From the NCBI GenBank assembly GCA_000388065.2, contig KB932201.1: a stretch of DNA of 64,000 nt; one strand, given 5' to 3'. The notes beneath the pieces were generated by a model. That model was not told the origin of the DNA. It saw only the letters and a list, made by a program, of their open reading frames with translations, and made no database searches. Below are positions 25,530 to 37,283 of the stretch, piece after piece. The translations under genes and the position numbers were made by a program. Position 1 is the first letter of the stretch. Every line of letters starts with the position of its first letter. This DNA is from Fonticula alba ATCC 38817 (taxonomy: Eukaryota > Protista > Nucleariida).

Positions 25530-27352
25530 CACAGAGGGGCCACCCTGACCAAGCTGGTGGAGTTCATCACCCCGGATGTCTACACACAGAACAACAGCAT
25601 CTTCCAGTTCCTGCTGACATACCGGACCTTTGCCTCGCCGTCGCAGCTGCTTGAGTTGCTGGTGGCCCGGTATGACATCCCCAAGCTTCCGCCCGATGTG
25701 TCCATCGACGTGGCACAGTTCAATGTGCGTCCCCCTCCTTTGGTCATGCACGCACATACATACACACATATATATATATATATACAATGCCACCCACAAC
25801 TTGGCTCGCATTCGTCCTCTTCTCTCGGCCCGCTAGCTCTGACGCACATCCATCTCGTCTGCTGCCCTCTTGAACCGGGACATGCGATGGGCGGGGGGCG
25901 GGGGGGGGGGAAACCCATGGCTCTGCAGAAAGACAGCGATTCCGTGCGCGCGCGCGTTATCAACGTTCTCAAGACCTGGGTGGAGAAGTTCTTCTTCGAC
26001 TTCCAGCACAACGACCAGTCGCTCATTCAGGACCTGCTGCGCTTCTGTGACACCATTAGCACCCGCGACTCGGCCCATGCAGAGCGCATGCGCAAGCTCA
26101 TCACCCGCAAGTCGACCGAGCATCCGCCCACCACCATCCTGACGCAGCTGGCTCGAGGGGAGCTTCCTCCCCTGGCAGACGGGGTGGTTCCCGGACAGGC
26201 GTGGAACCCGCTGCTCTTCGACCATATGGAGGTGGCCCGTCAGATGACGCGCATCGAGTTCGAGACATACCGCGCAATCCTCACGTCGGAACTGAGCAAC
26301 CAGGTGCGTCCCCTGCTTGCCAGTCCCTGGCCTTTTTCTTTAGTATCCGACCCGGGCTTCCTTCTTTGGCTTTTCCTTCTCCTGCTCGGTCCCTTTCGCT
26401 CTCCTCCTCCTCCTCCTCTCCCCCTCTCTACTCACCCGCTCCAACCTCTCCCCCTCCCCCTGGCTTTTACTCATTCGCCCCTTCGCCACAGGCCTGGACG
26501 CGTGGCACGCGCGATGATAAGCTGCTCAACTCACCCAACATTGTGGCCTTGATCGAGCGCTTCAACATGGTCTCTTCATGGGTGGCGACGACGATCGTCT
26601 TCGAAGAGGACCTTTCCAAGCGCCGCGATCTGTATATCTTCTTCATCCGCCTGGCCAAGGCCTTTTACCACCTGAACAATTTCAACGGCGTGATGGAGGT
26701 GATTTCCGGCATTTCCTCGGCCTCGGTCTTCCGTCTGTACCGGACTCGGAGCCTGATCGGCCGGCAGGCCATGGCCGAATTCGTGGACCTGAGCAATCTC
26801 ATCAGCACCGAGTGCAATTCGCTGGCCATGCGCAACTGGCTGAAGCAGGTCCAGCCGCCGGTTCTCCCGTACCTGGGCATGTACTTGACGGACTTGATGT
26901 TCACCGACTCCGGCAACCCGGACTTCCTGCCCGGCACGCGGTTGATCAACTACCACAAGTGCCGTCTGGTGTCGGCCGTCATTCAGGATGTCCAGCAGTA
27001 CCAGCAGACCCCCTACAATTTGCCGGCCGTGGAGCCCCTCGCCTCGCTGGTGCTCAATCTACACACCCGGTCGGAGGACGACTGCTACAAGCAGTCGCTC
27101 AAGATCGAGCCGCGGTCCGAGAGCCCGAGTCGCGGCCGGGGCGACCGGTCTCCGATGGAGGAATTCTTCCTGCTGGATGACCCGGCCAATCCCTTCCTGG
27201 AGAATGACATGTCCGATGTGAACATCCGCTTGGGTGTACGTATGCTTTGTTCCTTCCCTCCTCCGGTCTCCCCCTCCCCCCCCCCCCTCTCCTCCCCTGG
27301 TGGCTTGAACCGTGATCACTAACGCCCCTGGCCGGGTGCTCTCGCGCGCGTG

Positions 27353-27390
<38 letters not shown>

Positions 27391-30236
27391 GATTCGATTT
27401 CTTCCGCAAGCGGCCCATTCTTCAGGCAGCCAGCGTCGCCAAGCTCGTGGAGTACCTGACACACGACGGGTATGCCGACACTGGCCAGCTCCAAGTCTTC
27501 CTCCTGACGTATCGGATGTTTGTCTGCCCCCGGCAGCTGTTGTCCCTGCTGGCCATTCGGTTCACGGCCCCCAAGCAGCGGGCCGGCGTGTCAGACCTCA
27601 CCATCCAATCCTTCACCAACACCTACCTCATCCCCATCCAACTGCGGGTCATCATGTTCCTCCGTGCCTGGATTACAAAGTACTTCAATGACTTTGCTCG
27701 TGATCCGGCTCTGTTGGCTCAGCTGTCGCAGGCCTTCATGACCTATGATGCGCAGCGTGACCCGCTCCTCCTGCCGCCGATCAAGCGCGCCCTTTCACAG
27801 GTTCGCATTGCCATCTAGGCAGACACACACACACACACACACGCACACACGAGCCTAGAGCGGCTATTTCTCCTTTGGCGGCTTGCCCCACCTCCCCTCG
27901 CACCTTCTTGTATTCTGATGTGCTACTGTCGCCGGGCTGCCGGCTCCGTGCCCGTGTGTCTTCCTTTTTCTTCCTTTACGCGCCCTCCTCTCTCCCTCCC
28001 TCCCTCCTGGAAAAAAGCTCCGCATTGCCTTCCGCCGGCGTCTTCAGGAAGTCCTGGACGGCCGCACCGACTTCTCGGTCAACCGCCGGGAGACCCCGCG
28101 TGCCCGGCCTACCAGCACCATCCCCCGAGCGTATCCGCATCTGAATGCCTTCTGCCCGGAGCGCTTTTCCCTGAAGAACATGCCCGAGCCCCAGGACCTG
28201 GCCTTCCAGTTTGCCTCCCTACATGAGGCCATGTTCTTGGATGTGGACTTCTCGAACCTGATTAAGGTATGCATGCACCTCGGCACTTGCTCGCCGCAGT
28301 CCCTGTGCGCTCTGCCTGGAGACGGCTTACGCCTGACAACATGTACATCCCCTCGGCCCCTCGGCCCCTCGGCCCTTCCCCTCCCCTCCCCCTTCCGTGA
28401 TGTCCTCCCCAGCTTCGTGCTACCCCCGGCAGCGTGTCTGACGCGCCCGCGGTGAAGAGCCCCCCATCGACCGGCTCGGCCAGTGACTTCTCCTCTTCCT
28501 ATGGTGAGTTGTTCACTGAACCGATGCTCCGCCTGCACGTGCACTCGGAGCGCATCTACGCCTGGGCCGTGGATCGGATCATGACGGCGCCGGACCTGGC
28601 CTCGCGCATTGACCAGCTGTCGTACTTGATCGATGTGGCTGAGCAGTCGCGCCGGCTGCACGACTACGCCACCATGTGTCCCCTGGTGGCGGCTTTCCGC
28701 AGTGTGCACGTGCGGTCTCTTCGCCGACTGTGGCAAAACTACCCGTACAAGGACCGCATGGTTGTCCTGCAGGAGTTGACTCGGTGTGTGCTTTTTTCCT
28801 TTCTCTCTCTCTCTCTCTCTTCGCCCTTCCCACCGCTCCAGCCCGCTGTTCTTTTGCCGGTTTCCCTTCGCGTAGACACACGCACACACAATCATACGTG
28901 TGCGAATAAGTGCACATGTAGATGGACCTTCAGTGGGAACCCTCGACCACCACACCGGCGCCCAATGTGAGAACTAACCATGGGTGCCTTTGCAACCTTT
29001 GCTTTTCTTGGGGGTGGGGGACAAAGTCTCTTCTCCAACCGCGAGGGCGAGCAACAATTTGTCTATATGCAGGCTATCCGTCGGTCGCCCCTGGCAGCCA
29101 CAGTTCCCTTCATGCAGCCCTTCCTGGATGGGATCGCCGCCTGCCTCTCGAGCGGTATCTATGTCAGTGACAAGAAGCTGGTGGACTTCGACAAGTGCCG
29201 GCATGTGGCCGACATCATCCAGGACTTGATGAGCTTCCGCCGGAACACCTGCTACACGGTCGTACGTGGCTGCCATCCTTCCCTCATCCCGCCGGCTCCC
29301 CTCCACATTGCTCCCGTCTTTGCTGGCTGCCCAAATGCCTCGGGGGCTTTCCACGCTTTTGTCGCCTCGCGCCAACAACCCACCAATCGTCGCTCACCCC
29401 TGTGCCGCGCTCTTTCCTCGCTTGTCTCTCTCTCTCCCGCCCTCCCTCCCTCCCTTCCCCCTGTCTCCTCGTGCTGTGTGCATGTGCAGGCCCGCAACTC
29501 CGACATCCAGGACTATATCCTCCAACTGCCGGTGGATGCGGAGCTGCTGGCAGCTCTAACTACGCAGCCGGTCCGCTCGGAGACCATCGCCTTCTTCGCC
29601 AACCGGGCCAACGATCTGGATGAGCACACGATGAAGGCCTACCATGAGCGCATCCTCTCGGAGTCGGTCGACGCCCAGGGGTTCATCTCGATGCCGAAGA
29701 AGCCGGCCGGCGAGCCCGCTCCCATGGCCGGCTCTGCGGCCCCGATCCACGGCTCGAAGCCCGGGCGTGAGTGCATCTGCTCGGCCGATCCCCATGGGTC
29801 CGGGGTGCCCTTCCTGGCGGCGCGCCTGCTTGCGCAGAAGCCCACGGACGAGGTGAAGCTACTGGCCTCGCGACAGCTCCTGGCGCAGGAGCCCTTCCGG
29901 CAGCAGGTGTTCGATGCGTCGGTGCGCACGGTGCTTGCCACATTGGATGGCAGCATCAAGGGTGACGGAACGCCGGAGGCCTCGGTGGCCGTGGCTGCTC
30001 GAGCCCCGGTCTCGCAGCTGGTGGCCGCCGGACCGCTGTCCTTGGCCGACCCGGGTGCCGCTCGGGAAGCGGCCGCCTCCCTCCCCCTGCTAGACTCCGG
30101 CGCGGGATCCTTTGTCACCGGGAATGAAGTGGTGGCTCGGGTGCCTTCGGTAGGTGGCATGGTCTTGGACAAGGTCTTGACCGATGGCCTGGCGTCAGAT
30201 GTCCTCCGGAGCGCGCTTCCAGATGGGGCGTGTTGA
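24828..30236 (+). CDS. Ras guanine-nucleotide exchange factor with two tandem REM+CDC25 modules, multi-exon
   Basis: REM1: IR|GATLTKLVEFIT..FLLTYRTFASPSQLL..RVINVLKTWV. CDC25-1: EVARQMTRIE..IERFNMVSSWV..LNNFNGVMEV..PYLGMYLTDLMFTDSGNPD..LINYHK. REM2: AASVAKLVEYLT..FLLTYRMF..LRVIMFLRAWI. CDC25-2: DLAFQFASLHEAMF..LHDYATMCPLV..VPFMQPFL..LVDFDKCR. Confidence 0.9.
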
Positions 30237-30487
30237 TTTGCTGTCTCTTCTAGATCGGCCGACGGGACCGTGGTGAAGAAAGAAAAAGAAGCACTCCCAA
30301 GCACCCCCCCCCCCCTTCGGCCACTTGTCCACGTGCAAATCCGGCAGGCGAAGAAATGTATTCAAACATGATCAAATGAAGCCACATACACACACACACA
30401 CACAGGCTGGATATCCAGACATGTACATACGCAGAGGGAAGCCGGGCTTGTGGGAAGACCGAGCCTCCAGGTGGGCTCGGAGCTGGC

Positions 30488-32463
30488 TCAGCGGCGCATG
30501 GCGATGACCTTGGCCTCAGATTGAGGATACTGGGGCTTGTTGGCAAAAATCTCATCAATCTTCGCCATCACTTCCGGAGTCAGGAGCTTGAGGTTGTCCA
30601 GGGCGCTGAGGTTCTCGTTGAGCTGCGAAATCGGGGGGGGGGGGGGGGGGGGGGGNNNNNNNNNNNNNNNNNNNNNNNNNNNNNNNNNNNNNNNNNNNNN
30701 NNNNNNNNNNNNNNNNNNNNNNNNNNNNNNNNNNNNNNNNNNNNNNNNNNNNNNNNNNNNNNNNNNNNNNNNNNNNNNNNNNNNNNNNNNNNNNNNNNNN
30801 NNNNNNNNNNNNNNNNNNNNNNNNNNNNNAGAGAGAGAGAGAGGGGGGGGGGAGGGACAAAGAGGAACAAAGAGAGACCAAGAGAGACAAAGAGAGACAA
30901 AGAGAGACAAAGAGAGACAAAGAGAGACAAAGAGAGACAAAGAGATAGCGCGGCAGAAGGTAGACAAGACTGGCACAGGCCCAATGGCGGCCAGCCAACA
31001 GGAAGTAGGCTCTGCAAGCAACGGACCTGCTCCTCGGACGTGGCACCGGTGATGAGGGTGCTGACACGGGGATTGGCAATGACCCAGGCCAGGGCCAGCT
31101 GGCTGCAGCTAATGCCCAGCTCCTTGGCTAGGGTGGCCAGACGCTCGACCTTGGCCAGGTTCTCCACCGCCTCCGGGGAGGTGATGTACCGCTCACGCAG
31201 GTAGGCATTCTCCGGGGCGGCCAGACGACTGCCCTCGGGGATGTGACCCCCGGCATACTTGTTGGTCAGCACACCGCTGGCCAGGGGGGACCAGACGGTC
31301 AGGCCGAGCCCCGGACGGGACTCATACCGTGCCAGGTAGTCCAGCTCCACCTTCTGGCGCTTGAGGAGGTTGTATTCGGGCTGCTCCACGACCGGCGGGT
31401 GGAGGTTCAGTCGGTCGGCCAGGCACTGCGCCTCGGCGATCTGCTCGGCCGACCACTCGCTGGTGCCCCAGTAGAAGGCCAGGCCCTGGTCCACGCAGAA
31501 GCTCATGGCGCGGACGGTTTCCTCCAGAGGCGTGGCCACATCCGGCCGGTGGCAGAAGAGCAGATCCACATAGTCCTGCTGCATGCGGGCAAGCGACTCG
31601 CGCGTGCCCTCGATGATGTGCTTGCGGCTGAGGCCGATGTTGTTGGGCCCGGGCCGAGTGCCGAAGAAGATCTTCGTCGACAGGACCAGATCCGAGCGAT
31701 GCCAGACGCCCTCGGCGATGCCTCGATTAACCGCACGACCAACGAGGGTCTGGTGCATGCCGTGGGCCAGGTGAGAAAGCGGCCCACGGTGGAGGGCAAG
31801 AATGGGCAGCCGGTCGCACCTCGGCCTCGCCGCGGCTGTACACCTCGGCGCAATCGAAAAAGTTGATCCCACGCTTGAAGGCGGATACCATGAACTTGTA
31901 GCTGGTATCCTCGGGGGTCTTGCTGTTGAATGTAAGCCAGGTGCCTGGAGGCCGCCAACACGTCGGGGGGGGGGGGGGGGCAAAGGGGGGCAGCCGGAGC
32001 AATAAAAAGGAACAAAGATGGGTGCGGCGTCCCAAGTCGCCGCCCGGCTGGATTTGGTAGGTGGTGTATAGTTTGGCGCGGTTGGTCGGTGTGGTGGGTT
32101 GGTGTTTGTTCTTGGCTGCGTGGGTGGGCGTCGGTGTGGGCTTCTGGGGGGGAGGGGGAGGGGGGGGGGCGGGTGCAGGGGGGGGGGGGGGGGGGGGGGG
32201 GCTTCAGGGGGTCAGCTACTTGGAGGGGGGGTCGTGGCGAAGAGACCATGGAGGAGAGGCAGAGAGGCAGAGAGACAGCGTGCGAGACCCAGCATGCGAC
32301 GTACCGAAGGACAGGACCGAGACCTGGGGGGAGGGGGAGACGTGGAGGTGTGATGGTGTGAGACACGGATGCAGGATCGGGTGTAGAAGGGAGAGCCACG
32401 CAGTCGTACCTTGAGACCGGTTTTGCCGAGATGGCGGTAAATCATGGGAGTGCTTCCGGGCAT
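30488..32463 (-). CDS. Aldo-keto reductase of the Kv-beta (KCNAB/AKR6) type, about 5 exons
   Basis: MIYRHLGKTGLK|VSVLSFG|TWLTF..GINFFDCAEVY..LVLSTKIFFG..GLSRKHIIEG..YVDLLFCHRPD..YWGTSEWSA..WSPLASGVLTNKY..QLALAWV..|LNENLSALD. The last intron spans an N gap. Confidence 0.9.
30871..30946. repeat. 10-bp tandem repeat (AGAGAGACAA) x about 7, intronic
   Basis: Read directly; lies in the last intron of the aldo-keto reductase. Confidence 0.9.
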
Positions 32464-33345
32464 GGTGGAGAGGCAGATATGCACAGAAGTGGCGTGAGAA
32501 GTGCGGCGGAGAGGGGAGGGAGAGTGCCTTTCGAGGGGGATACTCGCAGCGTTGTCGCTGGACACCTTTAAAGCACATCCGGCGGTGCCCCTCGCTCCAC
32601 CCGAGGACCGCAGGGCGACAAGAGGGAGGCACTACATGCCGATCTGACACCAGGACATGGCGGCCGGGGGACGGGAGATCTGTTGAGCATGGCCCCCGCC
32701 CCCTCCCCCCGGACGAGCAACCGATATCGCGGGCTGATTGAGGAGGAGAGGGGGTAGTCGGGGCAGGGGGACGACGAGCACCATTGATCTGGGCTCTGTC
32801 CGTGGGGCGACATTCGAGAGGAGGACGAACAGATCGAAGTCAAAGTGTCCAAACAATCCCCGCTGAGGGCAGTGTGTCGCGTAGCTCAAGTGAGAGTGTC
32901 TGTCCCTACTTTTGGGGGGGGGGGGGGGGGGCGCACTGTTGCCCGAACTGGAACAGGCAGGTCGATCGCATCCAACCATGGGTCCAACACTTCCAGGATC
33001 GGGGAATATTTCTATTGTCCCCTTTCCCCAAAGAGGGCTCCTGCCCGATTGTGCGGCCCCCTCCCCCCCCCCACGACAATACTCCCAACGAACGACATTC
33101 GGCCAGGCGCATATCTTACGCGACCCCATCCCGGTGTTGCTTGCGGGTGCGCGGGACGGCGCACGTTCGGGGGGGGGGGGGGCTCGGGCCCTCGGTCCTC
33201 CGCCCCTGGGGCACAAAGGCGATTGGCGACAAGGGGTGGTATCCTCTGTGTCCCCTGTGGGGGGGGCATGTGTCACCCCCTTGCACCCCCTTGCACCCCC
33301 TTGCACCCCCTCTGCACTCCTTCCTCTCCCCCGCCCCGCGTCCTT

Positions 33346-33392
<47 letters not shown>

Positions 33393-33431
33393 ATCCGCTG
33401 GGATACAAGGGGGACCCCAGCCACTTTACGC

Positions 33432-33814
33432 ATGTCCCAGACCTCCCTCCCGGCCGGGGAGCATCTCCCCCTCGAGCGGCTAGAAAGCGAAAACCTTCTG
33501 CTCTTTCTCCAGTCGGTGGCCCCACATGGCTCGGATCCGGAATCTGGCCTCGACTCCGACCTCGACGGGATCCTGAAAACCCTCTTCGCCGCATCGGTCC
33601 TGGCCACCGAGTTGCCACCCTTTCCTCTGCATCTGGCAGACCCGGGGATACCTTCGGATGCCGAGGCACCGGACCTGCAGTCCCCCAGCCTGGCGCCAAC
33701 TGCTCCCCAGTCACCTGTATCCGAATCGGCCTCCCCACACGCTTCTCCGACCATACTGCATCCTGCACCCCCAGCCACTCTGGGGCCCAGCGTCGGATCG
33801 CAAGCTCCTCATCA

Positions 33815-33845
<31 letters not shown>

Positions 33846-34175
33846 CAACAACAACAACAATCACAGCGCCCAATCATCCTCCTCGAGGCCGATTTGACTT
33901 CAGAGCACCTTTTCATGCTAGATCGCTTCGAGCGAATGCCGGACTTTGAAGCCCGATTCGAGGAAGTGGTTCTACCACCAGCGCCCGGGGATCCTCCAGC
34001 CTCTGTCCCAGCCCCACTGAGGGAATATGCCTCGGTGGTGGAGAGGGATCCCTCGGATCCTGGGGACTGGGACTTCCACCCTGTCTTCCGCAAGGAACAA
34101 TCCCAGCAACAGCGCGACAGAACCGCCCGACAACTGGCCAACCTCATGGCTCGCCTGGGGGGGAAAAAAACATAG
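33432..34175 (+). CDS. Hypothetical protein with poly-Q linker (247 aa)
   Basis: An intronless ORF from the ATG at 33432 with protein-like composition (LLLFLQSV..GILKTLFAASVL; poly-Q with mixed CAG/CAA codons; RPIILLEADL..DWDFHPVFRK). No family was recognised. Confidence 0.5.
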
Positions 34176-34538
34176 CAGCCCAGACGGAAGACCAAAAATA
34201 CACCAAAACCACAAGCCCACAGACCGACGAAACAGAACACCGGGAGACAAAAAGAGGGGGTCTTTTGAGGGGACAAGATTCCTGCTCGGGGCGCGGCTCA
34301 CCACCAGGGGGAGAACAACCTGGGGGGGGGGGGGGGGGGGGGGGGGCGCGTCATCCGCAAACAGGGAGAAGGGGGATCAACAAGGGCAGAGGAAAGGGAG
34401 GGGGCAGGAAGGGAGGAGAGAGTGCACATGCACACGTGTGCACATTTGCATGCACGCATGTGCACACCCCACAGCATGCATGTGTGTGAATACATATGCA
34501 CATATGCGCATATATGCATACACGGCTGTACGATGCGC

Positions 34539-34722
34539 CTACGGATCGTAGTCCGGACCCGGCACACCGCCCCCATAGTAGGGCATATGATCGAAGGGCA
34601 TCACCTGGGTGAACATCGGGGAGGAGGAGGGATAGGGCAGGGCATTTCCCGGCGAGGGAGGGTACGGCAGAAGAGGCGGGAAGTGATGGGGGTGCTGCTG
34701 CTGCTGCTGCTGCTGTTGAGAT

Positions 34723-34754
<32 letters not shown>

Positions 34755-36702
34755 AGACTGAGACTGAGGGCCACCCGGTGGCTGCTGCGACTGAGACTGC
34801 TGGGAGGACTTTGACCCCCCGCCACGAGCATACGGAAGTGTGGAGGGCGGCGATTGGCCCCCATTGGCCGACGGCTCGGTGTTGCCGGTGCCGCCGTGGC
34901 TGCTGCCGGACGCGGCAGCGCCGCCGTCCTGATGCGAGAAGCTCAAGGGCCCGCCAGTGGATGAGGCCCCCGGGGCCCCGGCCAAGGCCCCGCCAGGCCC
35001 GGGGAGAAGCTGCAACGGCGACGGGGCCCGATAATCCCCGAGGAGGTCGTCGGTCGGCGAGGCCCCAGGTAGAGCATCAAATGGGTATGTCGGCATATGC
35101 CCAGCCCCCCAGCCGCCGCCCTTGTAGAAATAGCTCCCCCCGCCGCCGTAGGCATCCATCGGGTATGGCCTCTGCGGGGTCGGTTGGGGGATGAGATTCG
35201 GGAAGGTGAACGGGGCTACGTTTCCCCCGGGGCCCAGCAGGGAACTGGCCCCGGGAGACAGGGGGACAAGGCCTCCCCCACCACCGACAAACGGTGGCGG
35301 CGGCGACGGCATCGTCAAGCTCATGTAGCTGAAGGGGGCATCCATGGAGCCAAACTCCGGGAAGGCGAAATTCCCGCCATTGTGCCCGCCCTGCTGCTGG
35401 TGCTGGTGGGGGTGGTGCTGCCGCTCCGAGGAAGGGGATGAAGCCTCGGCATCCGAGTCATCGGACTCGCCGCCGCGGGTATTGGTCGACAGGGTCTTGG
35501 CCGGGCGTTGGACGATTTCCACTCCGGCATTTGGGCCAGTGGTAGCTGCTCCTGTGTCCGCGGGGGGGGAGTTGCCCAGGGCCCCCTCGGGACCGGCATT
35601 CTCGCTGGTGGGATGTGCATTTGGCTGCTTGCCCGCCAGTGCGGGCGCCGGATGCGAGACCTGGGTCGGGGGATCGGTTGAAGCAGCAAACGACGGAGAT
35701 GACGGGCCAGAAAGCAGGACATTGGCCGCGGAGATGGCGTCCGGATCATCGAGAATGGACACGACATCCGCCTCGAGCTCAGTTCCAAGAACCGGCTGCG
35801 ATTGCGATTGGGCTTGGGGCTGATCCCGCAATGGAACTTGCGACTGTGGCTGGGATTGCTGCTGTGCCTGGGATTGCTGCTGTGCCTGGGATTGCTGCTG
35901 CGCTTGGGACTGGGGCTGTGGCTGCGACTGGGGCTGTGGCTGTGACTGGGACTGTGGCTGCGACTGCTGCGATTGCGATTGCGATTGCGATTGCAATTGC
36001 GATGGTGGCTGTGACTGTGACTGCGATTGACGTTGATCCATCATGGGCTCGGACTTCAGCTGAGGATTGCCAGCGGTGGTTGAAGAGGCTCGGGTGCCAC
36101 CCGCCGGACCGAGGCCGCGAGTGCGCTGTGTCCCGGTTGACTGATCGACCACCGGCAAGGGGTCGCCAGCATCAGGCCCACGGCAGCGACGCTTCGAAGG
36201 AGGCTCCGACACACCGTCAGAGCCCTGGCCGCTGCTGCCATTGCCATTGCTACTGCGTGGGATCCATGGCAGTGGTGACGGTGGATGCATGTCACCCGAC
36301 AGCAGGAGCGGAATTCGACCCTGGGACCCGGACCGGGACAGGCCCTTCGGCGGAAGGGGCGGCGGCTGCATGCCCATGTAGAAGCCGCTTCCGTGGGTGT
36401 CGGCCATCGGCGGCTGGCCGTATTCCCGCAGTCCCCCATAGTTGGAGGGCGGATAGTGGTGGTGTGACTGGACCACATACGGCGGCTGACTGACATGCGG
36501 CCGCGGGGGGACCATGTCCATCGGCGATCGAGCCATCCCATGAGGCGGAGGATAGTACCCGGGGCTGCTTTCGCGCATGTAGAACGGGTCATATGGCCGG
36601 ACGTGCGACATGGGCGGCATGCCGGCCAGCGGATCCGGCCCACGCGCTGGCCAGAAGGAAGAAAGGGGGCCAGGAGGAAGGCACGAGAGAGTGGGTTAGT
36701 AA

Positions 36703-36745
<43 letters not shown>

Positions 36746-37246
36746 CCAGGGACGGTGGCAGGGGAGAAGAGAAAAGAAAGCGCGATGGGCAAAAGGAAAT
36801 GTCGCAGGACCACGAGGAGAGACACACCTGGTGGACCAAAGGAGCGCGGCGGCATCATCATATCAGTGGTATATGGTGGCAGGCTGGGCTGGCTGGCTGC
36901 CGGGAGGCCGGGCTGGTTGGCTGGCGGCGGGTACACACCGCCGCGGCGTTCGGACAGCGACATCGGCATGTACCCGGGGTAGGGACCGCCCCCAGGAGGG
37001 CCATCATGGGCGCCGGCGCCACCCGGGCCCCCCCGGAGCATTTGGTAGTAACCCGGGTCATAGCTGTTGTCGATCAAGTCGATGGTGAATTGGTCGCGCG
37101 GGCTGGGCGGGTAGGGCGGGGCAAGCGGGCCCTTGCGAGCAGCTGCACGGAAACCAGGCAACCAGAGGAGGCGGAGCAGGACACAGTGAGAAGCGGTCAG
37201 TGGAAGCAGATGGGAGGAGGGAGAGGGAGGGAGAGGGAGGGAGATG

Positions 37247-37283
<37 letters not shown>

